Below, piece by piece: positions 23,961 to 37,476 of a DNA stretch of 64,000 bases. Source of the DNA: Mobula birostris (lineage: Eukaryota); assembly GCF_030028105.1 (NCBI RefSeq), contig NC_092376.1, positions 75,626,935-75,690,934 on the forward strand, written 5' to 3'. Under the pieces are notes generated by a model. The model was given only the letters and a program-made list of their open reading frames with translations, ran no database searches and was not told the origin of the DNA. Position 1 is the stretch's first letter; each line of letters opens with the position of its first letter. The position numbers and the translations under genes were made by a program.

Positions 23961-26799
23961 CCACAAAATTTACAGGACACCTTGTTCTTTGTCTATGAAA
24001 GCAACAAGCAATGAAACATTGGCATTTATTTATCACCTATCAAAGTCTATGGCATGAGATAACACATCCTAGACCCCTGTTCCTTGATTAATTGCTACTG
24101 TAGATCTTCAGGATGGTGATGGACAATCTCCCACATTCACACCTATTACCCCCGTCAGACATGCTAAATATCCATTTCCCGTATTTTCACCCACTCTGCC
24201 GGTACACCCCTCCTCTCCTTTTCCCACACTTGCACCTAATTTCCCTTTAGCACATGCTCCCTTTGGCACAGCCACATTCAATTTCCTTTGATATAGCCAC
24301 TGTGTTCTGCTTTTGGCACAAACAAACCTACTTTTGGTTTAGAACACTCACACCCACTGTTCAAGAACAAAGGTGAATCACTGGAATTCTGTATCACTGA
24401 GGGTTGCTGATGCTGAATCACTGGGAGTGCTTAATGAGGAAGAAGGTACACTTCTGAATGATTGGGGAATTAAGGTCCATGAGGAACTGGCACAGAAGAG
24501 CAAATGAGGTCATGGTCATATTGGATAGATTGGCAAAATTGGAGGTTTGACTATCCTAATCCTGTTCCTACATTCCTCTGTTCTTCAATGTAAAACATTC
24601 TCTGGAAAATAGGTTTCTGACTTTCATGTTTCAAACCATCTGTTAGGTGCCTTTTATTTTTAAACATAAACTTGACATTTTGACTATTTATTTAAAGAAA
24701 TAAGAATACCAGTTCTGACACAGCCACAATTAGAAACAAAGGAAAGAACAATCTCAGAAGAGAAATGAAAAAATCGGTCTATTGTTCCCAGGTATAAAAT
24801 CTTACTAGTCTACTTTCATAAGGTACTCTGGCGGTTTGCAATATAAATAATGCCTTTAACATATTAAAATTTGCCAAGACTTTAATTTGCAAATTACAAG
24901 TTGAAATCTGCTCAGAAGCAATGATCAGATAACATTGAACAGAATGGTATTCAGTTTCATAAGTAAATACTCATCCAGATCAGGCAGCTTCCATGCAGAG
25001 AGAAACAGAGATTATATTTCACGTTATTGGCCTTTCATTGGAGTTAGGAAAAATGAGAGATAAGCATGTTCTAAGTTGCAGAGAAGGAACATGGCACAGT
25101 GAAGGTTGCACTGGCTGAAAGAAGCTTGTTATCCATTGTAGAGGAGATATAATCAGATGGAGATGAATATGATCTGACCAAAGAAAGAGGAAAAGAAAAC
25201 ACAAAAAAGGAATTGTGAGATGAGAAACACTGCAGTTACTGATATAAAAGAAAATGGGAGAAGTAGTCAGCAGCTCAGTCAGCATCCATAGATAAAGGAC
25301 ATTTAAGTTAATGTTGCAGGCTAATGATCTTTCAATAGAACCCACTAGTTCAGAGACAAATTGGAGAGCTGGCTATCCAAAATGCTTTTAGTTTTTCTCT
25401 TTTCTCTTTGCAGATTTTATATAAAATTAGCACCTGTTTATTGAATTAATTCAAACCATTTTAGAATAAAATTTAAACATCTCTGGAATATCAAACAATT
25501 GACAACCTTTGTGGGCTATCATAGGATTCACTCATTTGGAACAAAATATTAACCACATTCAAACAAATATGGCCAGAGTGATATTTTTGAGAGGAACAGG
25601 AATGCCTGTTGCATGATTAGCCCCAGTCTGCATTTATCTTCTGTGATAAAATCCTGACCGACTTTGAGCAACACAAATTAAAATTTTCACCATGATCCTG
25701 ATCTCTTAGATTAAAAATGTTGGGGAATGAAGTATTTTTGTAATCTTTAATCAATATCTGCACCCACTCCCAAGTAATGTATGAAACAGAGTAGATAAAA
25801 GAAAAGGTCCCTTTGCATTCCACAATAGCGTACTTTATTAAAGCCTTGTGGGAGTGTTCGGCAATGTTCCGTTGTGCATTTTCATTTTCTCTACAAGTCT
25901 CCCTTGTGGCGTTCGTAATATTTACAGACTACATGCTTAAGTGTGGCTTCTGTACAGAGATGACGAAATTTATTTTTGACACAGTGGGATTCAAAAGCTA
26001 ACTCAATGAAAGTGCATAGACCTTGACCTTGCTCTGGATTTTACAACTGGTGTTTATCCAATGCTAACATAGCACTAGTTGCATAATGTTTTCAGATAAC
26101 TGTTTCAGTGCCTAATTCTTTAGTACTTCAGATGAGTTTAGTGTTAATATTCTTAATACTTGTGAAATTGTGGTTTACTTCAAGCAATTTCACCTAAATG
26201 TATAACACACTGTATTCTCTGGCATTAAAAAAGAACACAAGGGTCAGGAAAATGTACAGGTTGTGTCCAACCACAATGGAAATGTTCTGCTTCTTCAGTG
26301 GATCAGATCTCACTGTAGCTACTGATGAAGGGTTTCCAACCTGAAACATTAACTCTGCTTCTGTTTCCACAAATGATGCTCAACTTGCTGAGAGTTTCCA
26401 TCATCCTCTGTCCAGAGGGAATATGAAATACTGTTGCTGTCGTTTACATTGCGTCTCACTGGAGTGGTACAGGAGACCAAATGCAGATCTCAAGAGGGGT
26501 GAAATATAGAATTGAAATGGAAGGCAACAGGAAGATTGGGGTCACCATTGTGACTGAATGCAGATGCTCCACAAAGCCGCTATTTACCTTTTGTTTTTCC
26601 AATGCAGTTAGGACCATATTTTGCCTATGAAATGAAGTACCGCAGATTAGAGGAAATCCAAAAGAATCACTGCTTCACCTGAAAGAACTGCTTAAGACAA
26701 TTGGCTGCGTGAAAGTGTTCTCTTACTGTGCACGGGGATGAGACATGAGAAGAGCAGTGGTTGGTGGTGATGAAACAGCCAACCAAGCAATCTTAGGGT

Positions 26800-28600
26800 C
26801 ATAGAGTCATAGATTAGTACAGCACAGAAACAGGCTCTTTGGCCCATCTAGTCCATGCCAAAACCATTTAATCTGCCTATTCCCATTGACCTGCACTGAG
26901 ACCATAGCCCTCCATACCTCTACCATCCATGTACCTATCCAAAATTAGCTTAAAAGCTGAAATTGGGCTCTCATACACCACTTGTTCTGGTAGCTCATTC
27001 CACACTCTCATGACCCTCCAAATGAAGAAGTTTCCCCTCATGTTCCCCTTTAACTTTTCACCTTACACCCTTAACCAATAATCTCAGATTGTAGTCCCAA
27101 CTAGCCTCAGTGGAAAAGCCTGCTTGCATTTACCCCATCTATACTCCTCAGAATTTTGCAACTTCTATCAAATCTCCTCTTAATCTTCTATGATCTAAGG
27201 AATAAAGCCCTAACCTATTCAATCTTTCCTTATAACTCAGGTATTCCAGATCCAAAGTCATCCTTTTAAATTTTCTCTGTACTCTTTCAACCTTATTTAT
27301 GTCTTTCCTGTAGGTAGGTGACCAAAACTGCACACAGTTCTTCAAGTTAGGCCTCACCAATGTCTTATGCAACTTCAACATAACATCCCATCTCCTGTAC
27401 TAGTGCTTTGATTTATGAAGGCTAATGTGCCAAACACTTTCTTTACAACCCTATCTCCCTGTGATGACACATTCAATGAATTATGGAACTGTATTCCCAT
27501 GTCCCTTTGCTCTACCACACTCTTCAGTGCCCTACCGTTCACTGTGTAAGACCTATCCTGGTTGGTACTACCAAAGTGCAACACATCACACTTGTCTGCA
27601 TTAAATTATTTCTGCCTTTTTCAACATATTTTTTGAGCAAATCTAAATCCCTCTGCAAGCCATGATAGCCTTCCTCACTGGCCACTACATCCCCCATCTT
27701 GGTGTCATCCACATATCTGCTGATCCAGTTAACCACATTATCATCCATTGTTGAAATAGATGACCAACGACAGCAGACCCAGCACTGATCTCTGCAGCTC
27801 TCCACTAGTCACAGGCTTCCAGTCAGAGAGTCAACCATCTACTACCACTCTCTGGCTTCTCCCACAAAGCAAATATCTAATCTAATTTACTACTTCATTT
27901 TGAACGCCAGGCGACTGAACTTTCTTGACCAACTCCCATGCGGGTCCTTGTCAAGTGTCTTGCTAAAGTCCATGTAGACAGCATCCACTGCCTTGCCTTC
28001 ATCCACCTTCCTGGTAACTTCCTTGAAAAACTTTACAAGATTGGTTAGACATGACCTACCATGCCTGAAGCCATGCTAACTATTCTTAATCAGTCCATGT
28101 CTATCCAATAATTTTCCCACTACTGATGTCAGACTCACCAGCCTATAATATGCTGATTTATCTTTAGTGCCTTTCTTAAACAATGGAACAACATTGGCTA
28201 TCCTCCAATCCTCCAGTACTGCTCCTGTTTCTGAGGATGATTTCAATGTCTCTTCTAGGGCCCCGACAATATTTGCACTTGCTTCCTGTAGGGTCCAAGA
28301 AAACACCTTGTCAGGACCTGGGGATTTACCCACCCTGATTTGCCTCACAGCAAACACTTACTTCTCTGTAATCTGTATAAGGTTCATGAAGTTGATGCTG
28401 CTTTGCCTCACTTCTATAGATTCTTAATATCTGTAGAATCCCTTAAGATTCTCCTTCACTTTGTCTGCTCAGGCAACCTCAAGCCTTCTTTTAGCCCTCC
28501 TGATTTCCCTCTTAAGTGTTCTCTCACATTTCTTATGTTCCAAAAGCACCTCATTTGCTCCTACCTACTTATACCTGTTACACATCTCCACTTTTTTCTT
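26800..28600 (-). mobile_element. CR1 LINE ORF2 fragment
   Basis: KSPGPD, EDWRIANVVPLFKKG, YVDDTKMG, LVRPNLKNCVQFWSP, RRLRGDLIEV; 3' tail near 26800. Confidence 0.9.
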
Positions 28601-30035
28601 CATGAAGGGAAGTGTTGCTTTAGAGGGCTGAAATGGGGGAAGATGAAAAGGATCACGGTGAAATCTCATTGAATATGACAATAATTGTAAAATATGATCT
28701 ATTGAATATAGAACTGCAGCTTTTTTTATTTCCAATAATGGTTAATTTCTGAGTCTTTTAACTTGTTTTTTTGTTGTTTTACAAGTGAACTTGGAGTTTC
28801 TCAACCATATCTGCAATATTCCTGAGCTACTTTTGTCTGTTTGAAAGAGTTTTACTCCACTCATGGGATACCTAGTCGAGAAGAAATGCTGCATTCTAGC
28901 AAATTGTGAAACTGGACAAGAAGATAATAAGTATTCTCACTCTGCTTTGAGCTAAAGGACTGTAATCACCTATGTTCAGGAAACCCACAGCCTGAAAATG
29001 CAGTCTGTCTGTCTGCAATTACCTGGCAATGGTTATGGTTCAGAATCAGAATCAGGTTTAATATCACTGACATATGTCATGAAATTTGTTGATTTGCTGC
29101 AGCCGTTCAATCCAATACCTAATAATAAAAACTATAAATTACACTAAGTATATATGAACAATAAGTGTAAAAAGAGAGGGTAAATACTTGCGTAGTGTTC
29201 ATGGGTTCATTGTCCATTCAGAAATCTGATGGTGGAGGGGAAGAAACTGAGTGTGTGTCTTCGGACTACTGTACCTCCTCCTTGATGGCAGCAATGAGGA
29301 GAGGGCATATTCTGGGTGATGGGGGTCCTTTGAGGCATCGCCCTTTGAAGGTGTCTTGGATGCTGGGGAGGCTAGTACCTATGATGGAGCTGGCAGAGTT
29401 TACAACTTTCTGCAGCTTTTCCCGATCCTGCGCAGTAGCCCTTCCATATTAAATTGTGATGCAATGAGTTGGAATGCTCTGCATGATACACGTGTAAAAA
29501 TTAGCAAGTGTCTTTGGTGACATAGAGATTCTCCTCAAAATCCTAATTAAATATAGCCACTATTGTGACTTCTTTGTAAATACATCAATATGTTGGGCTC
29601 GGGATAGATCCTCAGAGACATTGACACGCAGGAACTTGAAACTGCTCACCATATCCGCTTCTAATCCCTCAATAAGGATTCGTGTATGTTGCCTCAATTT
29701 CCCCTTCCCGAAGTCCACAATCAATTCCTTTGTCTTATTGATCTTGAGTGCAAGGTTATTACTGTGACATCCCTCAACCAGATGGTCTGTCTCACTCCGT
29801 TTGCCTCCTTGTCACAATCTCAAATTCTGCCAACAATGGTTGTGTCCTCAGCAAATTTATAGATGGCATTTGAGTCATGCCTTGCCACACAATTGTGGGT
29901 GTAGAGCGAGTAGTGCAGTAGGATAAGCAGGCATCCTTGAGGTGTCCCAGTGTTAATTGTCAGTGAGGAGGAGACGTTACCTCCACAACACACTGGAGGA
30001 ACTCAGCAGGTCAGGCAGCATCCGTGGAAACGATC

Positions 30036-30071
30036 AGTCGACGTTTCGGGCAGGAAATCTTCATCAGGACT
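30036..30071 (-). ncRNA. Minimal hammerhead ribozyme
   Basis: Minus strand AGTC-CTGATGA-agatttcctgccc-GAAAC-GTC-GACT. Confidence 0.6.
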
Positions 30072-31190
30072 ATAGAGGGAAGGGGCAGAGGCCCTATAAA
30101 GAAGATGGGGGGAGGGTGGGAAGGAGAAGGCTGGAAGGTTCCAGGTGAAAAACCAGTAAGGGGAAGGACAAAGGGGTGGGGGAGGGGCAGCAGGGAGGTG
30201 ATAGGCAGGAAAAGTGAAGAAAGAATACGGGAAAACACAATGGGTAGTAGAAAGAGGCGGAACCATGAGGGAGGTGATAGGCAGCTGGGGGAGGGGACAG
30301 AGTGACATAGGGATAGAGGAAGGGAGGGGGAGGGAGTTACCGGAAGTTGGAGAATTCTATGTTCATACCAAGGGACTGGAGACTACCTAGACGGTATATG
30401 AGGTGTTGCTGCTCCAACCTGAGGTTAGCCTCACCATGGCAGTAGAGGAGGCCATGTATGGACATATCTGAATGGGAGTGGGAAGCAGAGTTGAAGTGGG
30501 TGGCTACTGGGAGATCCTGTCTGTTGTGGCTGACGGAGTGGACTGTCCCTACACCTCCTCTCTTGCCACCATTCAGGGCCCCAAAAAGTCCTTCCAAGTG
30601 AGGCAACACTTCACTTGTGAGTCTGTTGGGGTCAACTATTGCATCCGGTGCTCCTGGTGCAGCCTCCTCTACATTGGTGAATCCCAACACAGATCGGGGG
30701 ACTGCTTTGTCGAGCACCTCCGCTCCGTCTGCCACAACAGACAGGATCTCCCAGTAGCCACCTACTTCAACTCTGCTTCCCACTCCCATTCAGATATGTC
30801 CATACATGGCCTCCTCTACTGCCATGGTGAAGCTAAACTCAGGTTGGAGGAGCAACACCTCATATACCCTCTAGGTAGTCTCCAGCCCTTTGGTACGAAC
30901 ATAGGATTCTCCAACTTCCGGTAATTCCCTCACCCTCCCTTTCTCTATCCCTATGTCACTCTGCCCCCTCCCCCAGATGCCTATCACCTCCCTCATGGTT
31001 CCGCCTCCTTCTACTACCCATTGTGTTTTTCCCCTTTTCCTTCTTCACCTTTCCTGCCTATCACCTCCCTGCTTCCCCTCCCCCACCCCTTTGTCCTTCC
31101 CCTTACTGGTTTTTCACCTGGAACCTTCCAGCCTTCTCCGTCCCACCCTCCCCCCACCTTCTTTATAGGGCCTCTGCCCCTTCCCTCTAC

Positions 31191-31226
31191 AGTCCTGACG
31201 AAGGGTTCCGTCCCGAAATGTGGACT
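31191..31226 (+). ncRNA. Minimal hammerhead ribozyme (mutated)
   Basis: AGTC-CTGACGA-agggttccgtccc-GAAAT-GTG-GACT; cleavage triplet altered. Confidence 0.5.
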
Positions 31227-33619
31227 GATCATTTCCACGGATGCTGCCCGACCTGCTAAGTTCCTCCAGCGTGTTGTGCGTGTTGTTTTGACCCCAGCAT
31301 CTGCAGATTATTTTGTGTTTACGAGATGTTACTTCCGATCTACACAGACTGTGCTCTCCTGGTGAGAAAGTCAAGGATTCAGTTGGAAAGGGAGGTACCA
31401 TCGTTCTCACAATCCTGATTGAGAAGCTGCAGATCCTGGGCCTCTGTACCTCCCTCTGCAATTGGATTCTCGACTTCCTAACCAGAAGACCACAATCTGT
31501 GTGGATTGGTGATAACATATCCTCCTCGCTGACGATCAACTCTGGCGCACCTCAGGGGTGTGTGCTTAGCCCACTGCTCTACTCCCTACATATACATGAC
31601 TGTGTGGGTAGGCATAGCTCAAATACCATCTATAAATTTGCTGACGATACGACAATTGTTGGTAGAATCTCAGGTAGTGCCAAGAGGCGTACTGGAGTGA
31701 GATATGCCACCTAGTGGAGTGGTGCCACAGCAACAACCTGGCACTCAATGTCCGTAAGATGAAAGAGCTGATTGTGGACTTCAGGAAGGGTAAGACGAAG
31801 GAACACATACCAATCCTCTTCGAGGGATCAGAAGTGGAGAGAGTGAGCAGCTTCAAGTTCCTGGGTGTCAAGATGTCTGAGGATCTAACTTGGTCCCAAC
31901 ATATCGATGTAATTATAAAGAAGGCAAGACAGTGGCTACACTTTATTAGGAGTTTGAAGAGATTCTCTATGTCAACAAATACACTCAAAACTTCTATAGT
32001 TGTACCATGGAGAGCATTCTGATAGGCTGCATCACTGTCTGGTATGGAGGGGCTACTGCACCAGACCAATTGATTGGCACAAGTTTCCAATGCCCTACCA
32101 GGTGCACCATCAGGGCCTGATGTCTTGTAACATCTTGAAAGATGTTCTGAAGTCTCTTCCAAGACAGAGCCCACAGGGCCACAGGAATTCGCACAAGTGT
32201 AGTTTTATTCTCCCTTTCCAAGCATACATAAAAGGTGTTGAGCTTGTCTGGGAGTGATGCATCACAGCCATTCATGATGTTAGATATCGCTTTGTAGGAA
32301 GTAATGGCCTGCAAATCCTGCCAGAGTTGACGTATATCTGATTCCATCTCTAATCTCAATCAAAATTGCTTTTCACCCTTAAAATGGCCTTCCATTGGTC
32401 ATACCTGGACTCCTTGTATAGTTCTGGATCAGCAGTCTTGTATGCCACGGAGCTAGCCCTCAGCAGACTTCGAATCTCCTAATTCATCTGTGGCTTTTGG
32501 TTTAGGTATGTGCTTGAAAGTGAGTCCATAGGTTATGGGAGCAGTTCAGTGATGGGGCAAGTGAAGTTGAGTGAAGTTATCCCCTCTGGTTCTGATGGTT
32601 GAGGAGTAATAACTGTTGTGGAATCTCGTGGTGCAGGTCCTGAGGCTCCTGTACCACCTTTCTGATGCAGTAATGAGAAGAGAGCATGGCCTGGATGGTG
32701 GGGTCCTTCATGACGGATGCCGCTTTCCTACAACAGTGCTCCGTGGGGAGGGCTATACCCATGATGGACTGGGCTGTATCCATTACTTTTTGTAGGCTTT
32801 TCCAGTCAAGGCATTGGTATACCAAGCCATGATGCAACCAGTCAATATATTGTCTACTGCTAATCTGTAGAAATTTGTTAAAATTTTAGATGACATGCCA
32901 AATCTTTGCAAACTTCAAAGAAAGTAGAGGAGCAGCTTTGCTTTCTCTGTAATGGCACTTATGTGCTGCAGTTTTTCTGCACCAGTATGAATACTTAGTA
33001 CAGATTTTTGTTAACCATTCAAATAATCTTCAAATGTTGTTGGCTCTTACATAGAGTTGCAATGACTATTTGTTTTGGTAGATGCCAATAGTGGCAAGCT
33101 GAGCCCTGCAGTTCCAGTTTCTAGGACTACAGCTGAGATGCTGCCTGGTTCTGTAGCTTTTGCATTATCCAGTGTTCTCAGCACTTTCTGTGGCATGTTT
33201 ATTCAGGAGGAAACTAAGACAACTCGCCTTCCCGGCACTTCTGGCTAAAGTGAACACTTCAACCATCTCTTTGCCACTCGCCTGCCGGATCCCATCATTG
33301 CTTAGGTTAGGGATGTCAATTGAAACTCTCCCCATTAGCTGTTCTAATGCCCACCATCATTCATGTGGGATGAGATGAGTCTGGATGGCTTTGAAATAAT
33401 CTACTTCTTGTGACTCTGAGCACCAGCTAATAGTTCTGTAAAAGGAATGCAGTCTCTGCTTGTAATTATGTGTTGCAGCTTCTCCAGCTCGGTAAGCAAA
33501 TCATTTTTAGTCTGTCAAGGGCTGTTTTCACTAACCATCCTACTCACTGCAGTTGCTGGATCCTTGTTTGATTATAATGACAGTGAGAGATATGTCAGAC
33601 CATGAAATTACAGGTGGAG

Positions 33620-33925
33620 GTGGCACGGAATCAGGCCCTATAGCTCACCATCTGCAGTGAATATCAAACACCCATTTTCACTAATCCTACATGAATAGTT
33701 TTTTTCTATTCTTCCTTTGTTTTTCTTAAGTCTCCCAAGATTTTACCAATAACCTGTCGATTTTTTATTAGCCCAATCAGCTCATATGTACTTGAGATGT
33801 GGGAGGCAACCAGACCCACGCAGACACTGTGAGAAAATGTAAACTCCATACAGACAGCGGCTAAAGTCAGAACTCAGCCTGGGCCTCTGGCACTCCAAAG
33901 CTGGCTACCACCATTGTGCTGCCCA
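33620..33925 (-). mobile_element. V-SINE/HE1-like SINE, degraded
   Basis: gagatgtgggaggcaaccagacccacgcag...aaactccatacagacagc, similar to 23705-23960. Confidence 0.5.
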
Positions 33926-35494
33926 TAAAATCATAATAGTTGCAGTGGCTAACTCTGCCTCATAGAAAGTTGCTTAGTGTAGAACTGCCAAATCTGTTCT
34001 GGCCTGGGAGTCCCCAGTTGATTTAAAAGACTTTAATCAGTTTGACGTATTTATTTTTGTCAGATTTCTATCTATTAAAAAATCAGGGATGTCAGGGATG
34101 GTGAGCTGGACATGCCACATACATTAATATGTGAGGACACAGAAACAGGAATATGTTATTAAGGTCCTTGAATCCTTTCTACTGTTCATTAAATCCTTAC
34201 TGATCTGTGATCCAATGTTTAATCAATAAATATTTATCAATATGAGATTTAAAATTAATAACTACCTGATTACTTGTGAAGGAAAGTTTCAAACATCTGC
34301 CACCACCTGTATGTTAGAATATTTTCTAACTTTGGGTTTGTATCCTATGTTTGGACTGTGTCTTTGAAATCTTGACTTCTTAGCCAACAAAAGCAGTTTC
34401 TCTTTATCAATATAATTGGTTTCTTCTATCTTTCATCCTTTAACTTCATAGATTTAATGGATTTCAGCTCCAGTTTTTGAACCTTTTCTCACATGTTAAA
34501 CTTGAAATGTAAATATCATTTTAAAAAATGAGCTCTGCACATCTTTCAGACCACTCTATCCTTCCTAAGATATGATGTCCGGAACTCATCTCAGCTTTCT
34601 TGTTGTGGCTAATCATGGCTTCGTAGAATTGTGGAACAATTCTTGCCACCTTGTTCCCCAACCTTTCAAAGCCTCTGTTCAATTATTCCTTTTGATTGTT
34701 TTCTATATCTGTTCCATGCTATTTTATTGATATATCTACTTAGTCCAAGTCCCTTTGGACCAATTTTATTTCAAACCTTTCAGTACTTATATGGTTCCTA
34801 ATCCATTTTTGGCTTGCAGTAATGTCACATTAGGCTGTATTGAGAGCTGTTTCCAACAGTTTTGCGCATTGACTTAATCTATTAACATATTATTGCAAGT
34901 TATTAATTCCTTTTCTGTCAATGGCAAACATGGGTGTCTAGCCTTCTATCCTATTAGCTAAATCATGTACAGGTAGAGTTATGCCCCCAATACAGATACT
35001 TGAAAAATACCACCTGTCAGTTCCTGCCAATTAGAGTACCAGCTATTCTTGTTCTCTGCCTCCTGCTACTCAACTCCCAATTATGCAAAACATTGCTTCA
35101 ATTCTTTACTTGGTGACTTTAATCAGTAATTTTAGAACATGTCTTGTGGAAGCCCATATAAACTTAAATCATAGACATTCACTTACCTACTTACCCCTTA
35201 TAGTTTTTTTTAGGTCTGGCAGGCATGATTTACTGATGTTGCTGGATGGCTGTAAACGTATATCATGTGCTTGGCCATTCTGTTCTTATTTGAAGATTCC
35301 AACAATCTTCTCACAACAATTGCTATTCAGACTGGCCTATGATTCCCACATTTATATCCCTCACATTTCTTGAAAACCAGAGAGGCATGCAAATACTTAC
35401 AGAATTATTACTAATGAAGTGTAATAGGAAACCTTGATAAAAACAGACAAGATGTTTTAGGAATGATACCTTACAACTATGTTGGAGAACTGGT

Positions 35495-36077
35495 GGTGGT
35501 GGCATCTGTTAGTCTCGCAAGACCATGGATCTGCACCTGGAAAGTTCCAAGGCACAGGCCTGGACAAGGTGGTATGGAAGACTGGCAGTTGCCCATGCAG
35601 CAAGTCTCCCCTCTCCACTACACCGATGTTGTCCAAGGGAAGGGCAAAGGCCGATACAGCTTGGCACCAGTGTCATCGCAGGAGTTGCCAGAACGAGGTT
35701 GAAGGCAATGTCGGACTGCCTGAGGGACTCCAGCTCTGGATTTGTCCTTAGGGTTTACTCCCGAAGCCTTTCCCGTGAGTGGGTATGGCTGCAAGGCAGC
35801 GGAGGTTTGAAATCAGAGCTTTTCCTCTCTTAGACAGACTGGCTTCCCAGGCTGATGAGCTCCATCTACCCAAAGCACTGGTTTTAAGGCGCCAGGACCC
35901 GCCTTCGCCCCTTCTCCTGTCCATAAAAACAGTTCTGCCGGGCTTAGAGGCTAAGCCACACGAGAAGGCCAGGAGTTGGACCTGGTTGGCAGAGGCTATT
36001 TGAGGTGCACGCCGTGAGGAGCACTTTTAGGTAGTGGGAGCTTGTCCCCACTACCACTCCTTGGCTTGACAACCTTG
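35495..36077 (-). mobile_element. RTE-derived non-autonomous short element
   Basis: RTE-type 3' end ccatggtcttgcgagactaacagatgcc plus (cca)n tail; TSD GAACTGGT at 35487-35494 and 36078-36085. Confidence 0.75.
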
Positions 36078-36160
36078 GAACTGGTAAGTTGGCTAAAATA
36101 TGGCACTGACACTCCCAAGAGGTTATCACCACCAATATTGCATCAAGCATATTCTTCACT

Positions 36161-36769
36161 GGTACCTAAGCTTGTCATAGCCAGGGTGGTAGTGGGGATA
36201 AGCTCCCACTACCAATAAAGTGCTCCAACAGGCATGTGTCTCTAACAGCCTCTGACAACCAAGTTCAACTCTTGGCCCTCACGTGTTGCTTAGCTACTAG
36301 GCCCAGTGGAACTGTTTCCACTGACAAAAGAAGGGGCAAAGGTGGACCACTGGCGTCTCAAAATCAGTTGCTTTGGGCAGGTGGGCCTCATCAGCCTTGG
36401 ACGACAACCCGCCTAGGAGAAAGAGAATTCTGATTTTAAACCTCCACTGCCTTGCAGCCATACCCACCCATGGCCAAGGCTTTGTGATTAAACCCCGAGG
36501 AAGAAATATGGCGCTGGGATCCTTACGGCAGTTTGATGTTGTTTATAACTTCACTCTGGCAACCTCGACGACGACACTTGTGCCAAGCTGCATCGGAGCT
36601 TGCCCTTCCCTTAGACTACATCAGTGACGCGGAGAGGGGAACCCACTGCATGGGCAACAGCCGATTCTTCAAATCTTCCCGCCCAGACTAACACCCTGGA
36701 GAGGACACAGTCCACCAGAGGTGCAAACTCATGGTCTCTTGCAATCGACAGCTGCCTATGATGATGATG
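36161..36769 (+). mobile_element. RTE-derived non-autonomous short element, full length
   Basis: 12-bp TSD ATATTCTTCACT (36149-36160, 36770-36781); (tga)n tail; colinear inverted homologue of 35495-36077. Confidence 0.8.
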
Positions 36770-37244
36770 ATATTCTTCACTATTTAATTAATGCACATTC
36801 TTTCTTGAGATTCCAATAATCAATCAGAAAAGCTATTGATCAAGTGGGCATTTGACTCATTCATCTACTTAGTGTCTTGTGTCAGTAACATCTATTAACT
36901 GGTAATTATTTATCGCAGACAACCTCAGAGTCCAACCTGTCATTACTTCCATGAATTCACATTGCCTGGTTTGTTCTCCTGCTACACAAGATTGAAGGCT
37001 GCTCTGTGACATTGTGTGCAAGCTGGGAGAAAGGAAGGTGCCAATGGCAATAGTAACAATTTCCACTTATATAACATAGCAGAGCCAAGGAACTTCCGGA
37101 GCTGCTGTACAGAAAGCATGGCTACCAAACCATGAAGGAGAATTCAAGGTTGCACTAAGAGCTTTCATAAAGGCATTTCCAAGAGCAGAGAAAGACTAAT
37201 ATGACAGGGCAAGATTTTAAAACAACTGCATGAAAGATTAGGGA

Positions 37245-37476
37245 GGATGTCAGAGGCAGGTTTTTTACATAGAGAGTGGCCGGTGCGTGAAACACTGTGC
37301 CATGGGCGGTGGTAGAGGCAGATATATTAGAGACATTTAAGAGAAGTTTAGGTAGAATAATGGAGGGCTATTTGGGAGGGAAGCATTAGATTGATCTTGG
37401 AGTAGTTTGAAAGGGTGACACAACATCATGGGCTGAAGGGCCTGTACTGTGTTGTACTTTCCTGTGTTCTATGTTC
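37245..37476 (+). mobile_element. CR1 3' end fragment
   Basis: atgtcagaggcaggttttttacatagagagtgg...gggcctgtactgtgttgta...tgttctatgttct. Confidence 0.75.

Larger units (their letters stand above)
29985..31322 (+). mobile_element. Penelope-like element, 5'-truncated, with inverted upstream copy
   Basis: GIY-YIG domain FTCESVGVNYCIRCSWCSLLYIGESQHRSGDCFVEH...RLEEQHLIY..GSLQP.G.N in ORF 30472-30924; 29985-30540 is an inverted copy of ~30720-31280; TSD gagacgttacctcc/gagatgttacttcc (29971-29984, 31323-31336). Confidence 0.88.
29040..32980. mobile_element. Rex1/Babar LINE mosaic (minus 29040-31398, plus 31398-32065, minus 32066-32980)
   Basis: (cagaat)n tail at 29040; [38 protein letters not shown] (RT); orientation switches. 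Confidence 0.8.

Noticed and set aside
30337-30924. Two overlapping antiparallel genes with the same ends
   Set aside because: Consequence of the Penelope inverted repeat
35851-35875. CTGATGAG as a hammerhead in the RTE-derived element
   Set aside because: No downstream GAAA and no closing stems
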